Assembly: GCA_022780965.1 (NCBI GenBank)
Contig: JALEUQ010000040.1
Span: 15,929 to 79,928 of the forward strand
Direction: 5' to 3'
DNA: 64,000 nucleotides
Source: Clostridiales bacterium
GTDB lineage: Bacteria; Bacillota; Clostridia; Peptostreptococcales; Anaerovoracaceae
A program made the position numbers and the translations under genes. Of the stretch, positions 28,577 to 35,861 are shown one piece after another (position 1 is the first letter of the stretch; every line of letters begins with the position of its first letter). The notes below the pieces were generated by a model that saw only the letters and a program-made list of their open reading frames with translations, did not search any database and was not told the DNA's origin.

Positions 28577-29115
28577 TATTCTCTCCCGGCAGCCTCCATA
28601 AGCTGCTCCCTTGTAATGCCGAATCTGTTAAGGCGCGCCAGGAATGTCTTGGCATTGGCGTAGCCAACTCCCAGTTTCTTCCCTGTTTCTGCTCTCGCTG
28701 CAGAAGCGCCTGCACCGCCCGCCAGGCCGGCAGCAGTCAGATCCTCAAGTGTTATCGGGTCTGTGCTCTCATCTGCCATTGTGCAGTGTGCCTTGGCAAG
28801 AGCATCTCTGATGGCTTCAGGTGCGGCATTTTCTATGCCTATGTCACCCTTCTTAGTGGCATCATCTCTGTGCAGGAAAGCTTCCCCCGCCATTGGGAAC
28901 CTGTCAAGAATCCGCCTTCTGATCTGCTCTCCTGCGAAATCAGGGTCTGTGAATACTATGATTCCCGGGCCTTCGTATGCCTCCCTGATAAGCTGCCACG
29001 TCTGTTTACTTATACCATATCCATGTGTTTCTATTGTGATGGCGTCGACACTTTTTTTAATTGCTGCCGTGTCATCACGCCCTTCAACTACTATTATTTC
29101 TTTAATTTTCTCCAT
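28576..29115 (-). CDS. rnmV: Ribonuclease M5 (TOPRIM)
   Basis: KIKEIIVVEGRDDTAAIK and FTDPDFAGEQIR motifs. Start taken at the ATG at 29115 with a GGAG RBS. Confidence 0.9.
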   Translation of the reverse strand: MEKIKEIIVVEGRDDTAAIKKSVDAITIETHGYGISKQTWQLIREAYEGPGIIVFTDPDFAGEQIRRRILDRFPMAGEAFLHRDDATKKGDIGIENAAPEAIRDALAKAHCTMADESTDPITLEDLTAAGLAGGAGASAARAETGKKLGVGYANAKTFLARLNRFGITREQLMEAAGRE

Positions 29116-29581
29116 TGTCGTCAGCTCCATTGCCGCTACCACCGAAATCTGACGGGAACATGTAAAGTATCTCGCCCGGTTTAATCAGTCTGAGTTTCTC
29201 TCTGGCAATATCCTCTAGAGTTACCTTGTCTCCTGCATTGGCCAGTTCCTGTTCCAGTTCCTCCTTCTGCTGCTGAAGTGCCTGCTGCTGAGCTTCCACC
29301 TGATGCTTCTCCTTCACCAGGGACACTACCTTGAAGCCCCATCCTGCCAGAAAAACGATTACAAGCAAAATAAGCAGCGCTGCCATCAGCCGGTTTCTGT
29401 TTCTCTTACGGCGAATGGCGCGTTTGCCACGCGTTTCAGGCTCGCGCCGTTTTCTCGCCTGCTTCTTTTCCAAAGCTTCCTGCTGAGACCTGCGTTTGGC
29501 CTGTCTTTTTTCTCTTGCCTCATCCATGTCGATGACACGGCTGCTGTTTTTGAATTCTACACTGCGTCTTGTTTTACTCAT
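29102..29581 (-). CDS. Septum formation initiator (FtsB/DivIC-like) protein
   Basis: 159 aa. Basic N-terminus, one TM (LMAALLILLVIVFLAGW), coiled coil, and the family motif REKLRLIKPGEILY. Confidence 0.8.
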   Translation of the reverse strand: MSKTRRSVEFKNSSRVIDMDEAREKRQAKRRSQQEALEKKQARKRREPETRGKRAIRRKRNRNRLMAALLILLVIVFLAGWGFKVVSLVKEKHQVEAQQQALQQQKEELEQELANAGDKVTLEDIAREKLRLIKPGEILYMFPSDFGGSGNGADDNGEN

Positions 29582-29587
29582 GCAACG

Positions 29588-29596
29588 ATTATACCA
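29588..29596 (-). promoter_or_regulatory. Extended -10 element (TGGTATAAT) 6 nt upstream of the ftsB-like ATG
   Basis: The - strand reads TGGTATAAT-CGTTGC-ATG. There is no Shine-Dalgarno between them. Confidence 0.4.
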
Positions 29597-29613
29597 TATT
29601 TGTCTTTATAAAA

Positions 29614-29642
29614 TTGCAATATAATTTAGATATTGATATAAT
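29614..29642 (+). promoter_or_regulatory. Near-consensus sigma-A promoter of the filament-like operon
   Basis: TTGCAA (29614-29619), 17-nt spacer, TATAAT (29637-29642). Confidence 0.55.
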
Positions 29643-29697
29643 TCATATATATATGTAATTATGCAAAAGTGTACAAAACAGCGAGGTTCAGAGGAAA

Positions 29698-30618
29698 TTG
29701 ACCGGTTCTAAATTCAGAAATAAATTTGTGACATTACTGATGGCGACTGTGCTCGCCCTATCAGCCATATCTTTGACCTCCTGCTCCGGCTCAGGCAGCG
29801 ATGCGCCTGCACAGACAGGACCCCTTCATCTGGCATCCCTTTCCGGGGAAAATGTGACGGGCAACAGCTATGCCAAGGTAGACATGTCAGAAACGTCCAA
29901 AGGCTATGTGGGCGTTAAATATCTGGGAAACAGCAGTAAAGTCAAGCTTCAGATAAAATGCTCCGGACAGACATATACATACGATATTGATAAAATCGAT
30001 GAATACATGATATTCCCCTTCTCATGCGGAGACGGCACCTATTCTCTGGAAGTCTACGAGAACGTGTCCGGCAATCAGTATGCCATGGTCTATGCATGCA
30101 GCATCAGTGTAAGTCTTGAAGATGAGAATCTTCCTTTCCTCTACCCTAACACCTATGTGTACTATTCAAGTGAGAAGGATTCTGTAGTATCTCTGACGGG
30201 CAAGGTAATCTCCGGAGATGAAACTCAGCTTGAAATCGTCCAGGACGTGTATGATTACGCTGTCAAAAAAATAGATTATGATTACGAAATGGCCGCTTCA
30301 GTGTCCTCAGGCTATGTACCCGATCTGGACCAGGTAATCGACAGAGGCAAAGGTATCTGCTTCGATTACGCTTCACTGATGACAGCGATGCTGAGAATCA
30401 GCAACATTCCAACCAAACTGGTTATCGGATACAGAGGCAATGACTACCACGCCTGGATAAGCGTATACATTTCCGACATAGGATGGGTCGACAACGTTAT
30501 AGAGTTCGACGGCAAGGACTGGACTTTAATGGATCCGGCCACGGTATCTTCAGGCGGAAGCGCTGCTGCAGATTACGTCGAGCATCAGGACAAATACCAC
30601 GCGCTTTACTTTTATTAA
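29698..30618 (+). CDS. Transglutaminase-core domain lipoprotein
   Basis: 306 aa with TTG start. Signal peptide has lipobox LTSC. Cys-His-Asp core: GKGICFDYASL, NDYHAWISVY, TLMDPA. Confidence 0.85.
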   Translation: MTGSKFRNKFVTLLMATVLALSAISLTSCSGSGSDAPAQTGPLHLASLSGENVTGNSYAKVDMSETSKGYVGVKYLGNSSKVKLQIKCSGQTYTYDIDKIDEYMIFPFSCGDGTYSLEVYENVSGNQYAMVYACSISVSLEDENLPFLYPNTYVYYSSEKDSVVSLTGKVISGDETQLEIVQDVYDYAVKKIDYDYEMAASVSSGYVPDLDQVIDRGKGICFDYASLMTAMLRISNIPTKLVIGYRGNDYHAWISVYISDIGWVDNVIEFDGKDWTLMDPATVSSGGSAAADYVEHQDKYHALYFY

Positions 30619-30638
30619 CCCCATTTCAGGAGTATCGT

Positions 30639-31697
30639 ATGTCAAAACCAGCCAGCAACAGACAGTCAGCACTCACACCGCTGCAGATTTCGCTGTTTTT
30701 CAGTGAACTGTCACTTCTTTTCGGAAGCGGTATAAGTCTGAGTGAGTCACTATACATAATGGCGGACAGCGCCACAGATAAAAGCAGGAAACAGCTTTGC
30801 TCACAGATGGCCTCATCTATCGATTACGGCGGAACTCTGCCCGAATCGGCAGATGCTTCGGGAGTATTCCCCGATCATGTGGTCCAGATGCTGAGCATTG
30901 CGCAGACTTCAGGCAAAATGGAAGAGACCATAGCAGGCCTCGCTGCATATTATGACCGCATGGATTCTCTCAGGAAGGCAGTAAAAAACACCATGACATT
31001 CCCTCTGGTCATGATGGCTGTAATGTTCTGCGTGCTTGCTGTTCTCATCATCAAAGTGCTCCCCCTCTTCGGGGCTGTGTTCATTGAAACAGGCGCGAAA
31101 ATGCCGTTAATCATCAGCCTTGTAACCGAAAGCAAAGCATTCGAATTCATTCTTCTGACAATTCTCGTGCTGCTTGTAGGGCTTGTAGCTGCAGCTTTCG
31201 TTTCCGGCGGACGTATCATGATATCCGCGGACGACAGCGGCAGTCTCATGGCCAGGCTGCCTGTTATCCGCTCCATAAGGCAGAAGACCCAGTCAGGAAG
31301 CTTCGCATACAGCATGGCGCTGCTTCTTGCAGGCGGTGTTACTGTAGAGCAGGCTCTGCAGCTGTCAGCTGACACAGGAGAATCAGAATGGATCCGCGCC
31401 AAAGCGGCTCAGGTGCTTGCTGCAGTCAGAGAGGGAGAAACTTTCACCTCTGCTGTCTCAGAATGCCATGTCTTCGATGGATATTATCCGGCGCTTCTTG
31501 CCGCCGGTGAGAAGTCCGGTGAAATTGACAAGGTAATGAACATGATTTCCGATAGATACACGGAGGAAATAAACGATAGAATCAGTTCCGTTCTCAGTCT
31601 TGTGGAACCTGTGCTGGTAATAGTCATGACGCTTATCGTCGGCTCGATACTGCTCAGTATCATGATACCTCTCATGAACGTGATGGCATCAGTATAA
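30639..31697 (+). CDS. Type II secretion system F / PilC / ComGB-family platform protein
   Basis: 352 aa from the ATG at 30639 (CAGGAG RBS). Two GspF-type repeats with 3 TM segments. The longer ORF from 30483 overlaps the upstream gene and was not used. Confidence 0.88.
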   Translation: MSKPASNRQSALTPLQISLFFSELSLLFGSGISLSESLYIMADSATDKSRKQLCSQMASSIDYGGTLPESADASGVFPDHVVQMLSIAQTSGKMEETIAGLAAYYDRMDSLRKAVKNTMTFPLVMMAVMFCVLAVLIIKVLPLFGAVFIETGAKMPLIISLVTESKAFEFILLTILVLLVGLVAAAFVSGGRIMISADDSGSLMARLPVIRSIRQKTQSGSFAYSMALLLAGGVTVEQALQLSADTGESEWIRAKAAQVLAAVREGETFTSAVSECHVFDGYYPALLAAGEKSGEIDKVMNMISDRYTEEINDRISSVLSLVEPVLVIVMTLIVGSILLSIMIPLMNVMASV

Positions 31698-31711
31698 AGG
31701 GGTGCATGTCA

Positions 31712-32050
31712 ATGAACATCAGAGAACTGGTTAACAAAGATTACTTAAATAGAAGACTGCTGCTGAAGACAGGCTTCACCCTGTTATGTATACTGGCAGT
31801 ATTGCTGATAATAACCTCTGCAGGCAGTCATTTCGGCAATGCATATTCAAATGAAAGTCTAAGACAGACGGAGGATACTGTACGTCAGTACGCAGTTCAG
31901 TGCTATGCCCTGGAGGGAGAATATCCCGAGTCTCTGGACTATCTGGTTGATAATTACATGCTCACTCTCAACGAAGATGAGTATGTTTACCACTATAAAT
32001 TCATCGGCTCTAACATGATGCCGGACATTACTGTTTTCCCTGCCATGTAG
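31712..32050 (+). CDS. Pilin-like protein 1 (ComGC/GspG-like C-terminus, non-canonical class III signal)
   Basis: KTG|FTLLCILAVLLII resembles the G|FTLxE prepilin site but has Cys at +5. C-terminal QCYALEGEYPESLDYLVDNYML resembles the YPxxL..L motif of ComGC/GspG. The start could also be 31706. Confidence 0.65.
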   Translation: MNIRELVNKDYLNRRLLLKTGFTLLCILAVLLIITSAGSHFGNAYSNESLRQTEDTVRQYAVQCYALEGEYPESLDYLVDNYMLTLNEDEYVYHYKFIGSNMMPDITVFPAM

Positions 32051-32063
32051 AAGCGGAGTACCA

Positions 32064-32549
32064 ATGAGAGATAAGAAACATCATATTGACATCATTTTCA
32101 TAATTGTTCTCATAGGGCTGTTCGCTCTGTCATCGACAGGGCTCGCTCTGCTTGGAGTAAACATCTACAAGAATACGGGGGCAGATTCGGGCAGTCACAA
32201 TCAGAACACCGCGGCTCTTTATTTCGCACAGAAAGTACGACAGTGCGAAGATAAATCGCAGATTCGAACTGCAGTTGTCGGCAGCGAAACTCCGGCTCTG
32301 GTCATCGGTGAGACAAGCGGCGGCCAGAAACTTGAAACATGGTTCTACGTTCATGATAACAATCTCAAGGAGGTTACAGTCAAGAAGGGCAGCGCAGTGG
32401 ATCCTCAATACGGACAGACGGTGATGGAAATGTCCTCTGCAGACTTCGAGATAGTTGACGGCAATCTTCTGCAGATTACCATGTCTTCCGGGGAAGACGT
32501 ACATTCTTCAGTGAATCTTTATCTGATGGGAGGGCATGGCTATGAATAA
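32064..32549 (+). CDS. Pilin-like / minor pseudopilin-like membrane protein 2
   Basis: 161 aa. Basic N-terminus plus a single hydrophobic helix (IDIIFIIVLIGLFALSSTGLALLGV), then a soluble domain. GCGGAG RBS. Confidence 0.6.
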   Translation: MRDKKHHIDIIFIIVLIGLFALSSTGLALLGVNIYKNTGADSGSHNQNTAALYFAQKVRQCEDKSQIRTAVVGSETPALVIGETSGGQKLETWFYVHDNNLKEVTVKKGSAVDPQYGQTVMEMSSADFEIVDGNLLQITMSSGEDVHSSVNLYLMGGHGYE

Positions 32550-32985
32550 ACTGTCAGGCAAATCACTGCTTACACTGGAACTTGTAATACTGCTGGCATT
32601 CTTTCTCTTCGGCGCTGTTACATGTGCTGTCATTTTTGTCAAAGCAGACAGCAGAGCCGATGAAGCCAAAGCTCTCGAAAACGCAGTTGTTCGTTCGACT
32701 TCCATAGCTGAGACACTTAAGGCAGTTGACGGGGATCTGGCAAAGACCGGCAACAGAATAGGCAATCGCAGTTCATACGATACTGCAGATGACATGCTTC
32801 TCATTTACTTCGACGAAGACATGCAGCCTGTTTCCAAAAGCCGAGCTGTATTCACGGCTCAGGTTTCAAGTCAGATTGAAGGAAAATGCCGTAAATACCA
32901 TATTGAATTCCTTCGAAGTGAGGACAAGATCAGCATTTACGCCCTTGACTTCAAGGGAATCAGGGAAGGAGGCGCAGGCAAATGA
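32542..32985 (+). CDS. Pilin-like / minor pseudopilin-like membrane protein 3
   Basis: 147 aa from the ATG at 32542 (GGGAGGG RBS). N-terminus MNKLSGKSLLTLELVILLAFFLFGAV has an LTLE element, but Gly/Glu spacing is not canonical. Confidence 0.6.
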   Translation: MNKLSGKSLLTLELVILLAFFLFGAVTCAVIFVKADSRADEAKALENAVVRSTSIAETLKAVDGDLAKTGNRIGNRSSYDTADDMLLIYFDEDMQPVSKSRAVFTAQVSSQIEGKCRKYHIEFLRSEDKISIYALDFKGIREGGAGK

Positions 32986-33377
32986 TAAAACTTAGCAGGC
33001 GCAGCTTCCTTGGCGGAGGCATTGCATCAATTCTGGTTGTCCTGCTCATTCTGGTGACTGCAGCTTTCGCAGCTCTCACCTACATTTCCGCCGAAAGCAG
33101 GATGTCATCCAGCGAAAAGAGCCGAAATTACTGCGACAATTACTATGCTGCCGAGACCACAGCATCAGAACTTCTGGAGCTAATATCAACAGGCAATTCC
33201 GGAAGCAGCACCAGCGGCACCAAATCAGTATACGAAACTGATGCAGGCAGTATTATTGTAACCAAAGCGGACAAATACGTTTCATTCAGCGTTCCTGTAA
33301 ACAAGAGCCAGGAACTGCAGGTGGAAGCCAACGTCAGCAAAGACAGCATAGACATTATGACATGGGTGGTGGAATAA
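32982..33377 (+). CDS. Pilin-like / minor pseudopilin-like membrane protein 4
   Basis: 131 aa. N-terminus MIKLSRRSFLGGGIASILVVLLILVTAAFAAL. GGAAGGAGG RBS. ATGA overlap with the previous gene. Confidence 0.6.
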   Translation: MIKLSRRSFLGGGIASILVVLLILVTAAFAALTYISAESRMSSSEKSRNYCDNYYAAETTASELLELISTGNSGSSTSGTKSVYETDAGSIIVTKADKYVSFSVPVNKSQELQVEANVSKDSIDIMTWVVE

Positions 33378-33379
33378 TT

Positions 33380-34447
33380 ATGGCAGATTTAGCAAAAGTA
33401 CTTGCAGATGCCCGCGAGAAGGGCGCTTCGGATATTTTCATAGTGGCAGGACATGCGATTTCCTTCAAAATCAGCGGTACCTTCCATGATTATTCTGAAG
33501 AGCGCATGCTGCCGGCAGATACGCGCGCTTTAATAGAAGACATGTACCGCCTTGCTGGACACGATGATCGCAAAGTAATCGAATACGGTGATGATGACCT
33601 GAGTTTCGCCATACCGGGAGTTGCAAGATTCAGAGCCAACATGTACAAACAGCGTGGCTCGCTGGCAGCTGTCATAAGGGTTATTCCTTTCAGTCTGCCG
33701 GACCCGGGAGCATTCCACATACCGGATGCAGTACTGGATTTCGCTGATAATACGAAAGGACTTGTGCTCGTTACCGGACCTGCGGGAAGCGGCAAATCGG
33801 TCACCCTTTCATGCATTATAGACAGAATAAATCAGACTCGAACAAATCACATTATTACGCTTGAAGACCCTATTGAATATCTTCATCCCCACAAGCGGAG
33901 CATAGTCAGCCAGCGTGAAATTTCACTTGATACGAAAGATTATGCTTCTGCACTTCGCGCAGCGCTTAGACAGTCACCGGACGTTATTCTGGTCGGAGAA
34001 CTTCGTGACGCAGAGTCCATCAGCATCGCCATGACTGCAGCAGAAACAGGTCACCTGGTTCTAAGCACACTTCATACTCTAGGCGCCAAGAATACAATAG
34101 ACAGAATCGTCGACGGATTCTCAGCGGAAATGCAGCCTCAGATAAGACTGCAGCTGTCCATGGTGCTTCAGGGAGTAATATCCCAGCAGCTCATCAACAC
34201 TTCGGAGGGAACGCAGCGGCCTGCTTTCGAAATCATGGTGGCAAATCCTGCAGTCAGAACAATGATAAGAGATTCAAGAACCCATCAGATTGACTCAGTA
34301 ATGCAGACTAACTCGGGCGACGGCATGATTACCATGGAGAACAGTCTTATGGAACTTTACAGTCAGGGACTCATCGATAAGGACTCTGCTGTTACTCACA
34401 GCTTCAATCCAGATGTGATCCGCCGCAAACTAGGCATTGTCAAATAA
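33380..34447 (+). CDS. pilT: PilT-family type IV filament ATPase
   Basis: 355 aa. Walker A GPAGSGKS, Walker B DVILVGELRD, His box GHLVLSTLHT, and the PilT-type motif AVRTMIRDSRTHQI. Confidence 0.92.
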   Translation: MADLAKVLADAREKGASDIFIVAGHAISFKISGTFHDYSEERMLPADTRALIEDMYRLAGHDDRKVIEYGDDDLSFAIPGVARFRANMYKQRGSLAAVIRVIPFSLPDPGAFHIPDAVLDFADNTKGLVLVTGPAGSGKSVTLSCIIDRINQTRTNHIITLEDPIEYLHPHKRSIVSQREISLDTKDYASALRAALRQSPDVILVGELRDAESISIAMTAAETGHLVLSTLHTLGAKNTIDRIVDGFSAEMQPQIRLQLSMVLQGVISQQLINTSEGTQRPAFEIMVANPAVRTMIRDSRTHQIDSVMQTNSGDGMITMENSLMELYSQGLIDKDSAVTHSFNPDVIRRKLGIVK

Positions 34448-34461
34448 GTGATAAGGAATAT

Positions 34462-34470
34462 TGATATAAT
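34462..34470 (+). promoter_or_regulatory. Extended -10 promoter element (TGATATAAT) for the SARP-like regulator
   Basis: TG-A-TATAAT at 34462-34470, 65 nt upstream of the ATG at 34535. No terminator lies between pilT and this gene. Confidence 0.4.
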
Positions 34471-34534
34471 AAATTAGCAGATAAGCATTAAAGTATTGGA
34501 TAGGTATTTGGTTGGTATTTGTGAGGGAAAGAAA

Positions 34535-35755
34535 ATGTCAAATCTTGAAGTATGTCTTCTGGGAAGATTCGAGATAACCCTGGGAGATCAGAACATTCTT
34601 AGTGCTCTCGGCAATTCTAAGAAGAAGATTGCTCTTCTTCAGTATCTTCTGGTGAACAAAAATACTCCGTTCACCAATTTCAATCTGTTCGAACATCTAT
34701 GGGGGGATGAGGATTCGACCAATCCCGAGTCTGCTCTCAAGACACTTGTAAGCAGACTGAGAAAGGACCTTAAGCCTTACGGTCTCAGCGATATTATCTC
34801 CACTTCCCATGGAGTTTATCAGTGGAATGAGAACGTATATGACAATATCGACATTTACAGACTGGAGAGCCTGGTCAAGGAGCTGATGAATGTCAAGGTG
34901 CTGGATGACGCAAGCGAACAGGGTTTCGAAACAATTCTTTCGCTCTATAAAGGCGACTTGCTTCTGGGCTACGATACTGAATCGTGGATTGTGCCAAGAA
35001 GCATGTACTATCACGAGATGTTCCTGAGAGCAGCTTATAAATACCTGACGCTCCTTTCCGACAAGAAGCGTTATGAGGATGTTATGCGCGTATCCAGACG
35101 CGCTCTGGAGATTGACAAGTTTGATTCGCGTCTCAATCTGGAGCTGATGAACTCAATGGTTCAACTGGGCATGAAATCGGAGGCCATGAACCACTACAAC
35201 TATACAGTCAACCTCCATTACACTCAGCTTGGAACACGCCCGTCCGAAGATATTCTCGACTTTTACAAGACTCTCATCAAAATCGAGCACAGTTCCGAAA
35301 CAGCTCTCGAAGCTGTCTCAAGGGATCTGGAGAAGGATGACGGTGACAAGACTGCCTTCGTATGCGACTATTCAATTTTTAAAGATATTTACAAAATCAA
35401 CATGCGTAACCTTCAGAGGCTGGGGATTACTGTTTTCCTGGGCGTGCTGACACTTTCAAGCACTAACCCGGAGCCGACAGACGCAGATCTTCTGCTTCTC
35501 GACAAGGTTATGGGAATGCTGCAGGCTACACTTAAGTTCAATCTTCGAAAGGGCGATACAATTTCGCGCTACAGTCCTTCCCAGTTCGTGGTGCTGCTGC
35601 CGACTCACAATCACAACACCGGTTCGCTGGCACTTGAACGCGTGAAAAGTGCATTTTACAAGAACTGCTCCATTCCGGACTTCATTCTGACTTACAAGCT
35701 GACTCCTATCGGATACAACAACGGGGCATACGACGGTTCTCAGTACAGGAAATAG
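34535..35755 (+). CDS. SARP-type regulator (OmpR-like winged helix + BTAD) fused to a degenerate GGDEF-like domain
   Basis: N-terminus LLGRFEI...LLQYLLVN..LFEHLWGD...ALKTLVSRLRK is wHTH-like, followed by a helical BTAD-like region. The C-terminus has LRKGDTISRYSPSQFVVLL in place of RxxDxxxRxGGDEF. Confidence 0.82.
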   Translation: MSNLEVCLLGRFEITLGDQNILSALGNSKKKIALLQYLLVNKNTPFTNFNLFEHLWGDEDSTNPESALKTLVSRLRKDLKPYGLSDIISTSHGVYQWNENVYDNIDIYRLESLVKELMNVKVLDDASEQGFETILSLYKGDLLLGYDTESWIVPRSMYYHEMFLRAAYKYLTLLSDKKRYEDVMRVSRRALEIDKFDSRLNLELMNSMVQLGMKSEAMNHYNYTVNLHYTQLGTRPSEDILDFYKTLIKIEHSSETALEAVSRDLEKDDGDKTAFVCDYSIFKDIYKINMRNLQRLGITVFLGVLTLSSTNPEPTDADLLLLDKVMGMLQATLKFNLRKGDTISRYSPSQFVVLLPTHNHNTGSLALERVKSAFYKNCSIPDFILTYKLTPIGYNNGAYDGSQYRK

Positions 35756-35804
35756 CATTTCTCACTGGATGAATCGTCATCTACCAATTCTCTTATACAG
35801 CACA

Positions 35805-35850
35805 AAAGACCATCAGCGTGCATTGTCACATGCCTCGGATGGTCTTTTAT
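35805..35850. terminator. Bidirectional terminator between the regulator and the M23 peptidase gene
   Basis: 11-bp stem AAAAGACCATC (35804-35814) / GATGGTCTTTT (35838-35848) with 23-nt loop. Confidence 0.6.
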
Positions 35851-35861
35851 AATCTTCACTG

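Noticed and set aside
30483-30638. A 52-codon N-terminal extension of the GspF-like ORF that overlaps the transglutaminase gene.
   Set aside because: The extension is Arg-rich, lacks an RBS and overlaps the upstream CDS by 136 nt. The ATG at 30639 has a CAGGAG RBS and gives a normal-length platform protein.
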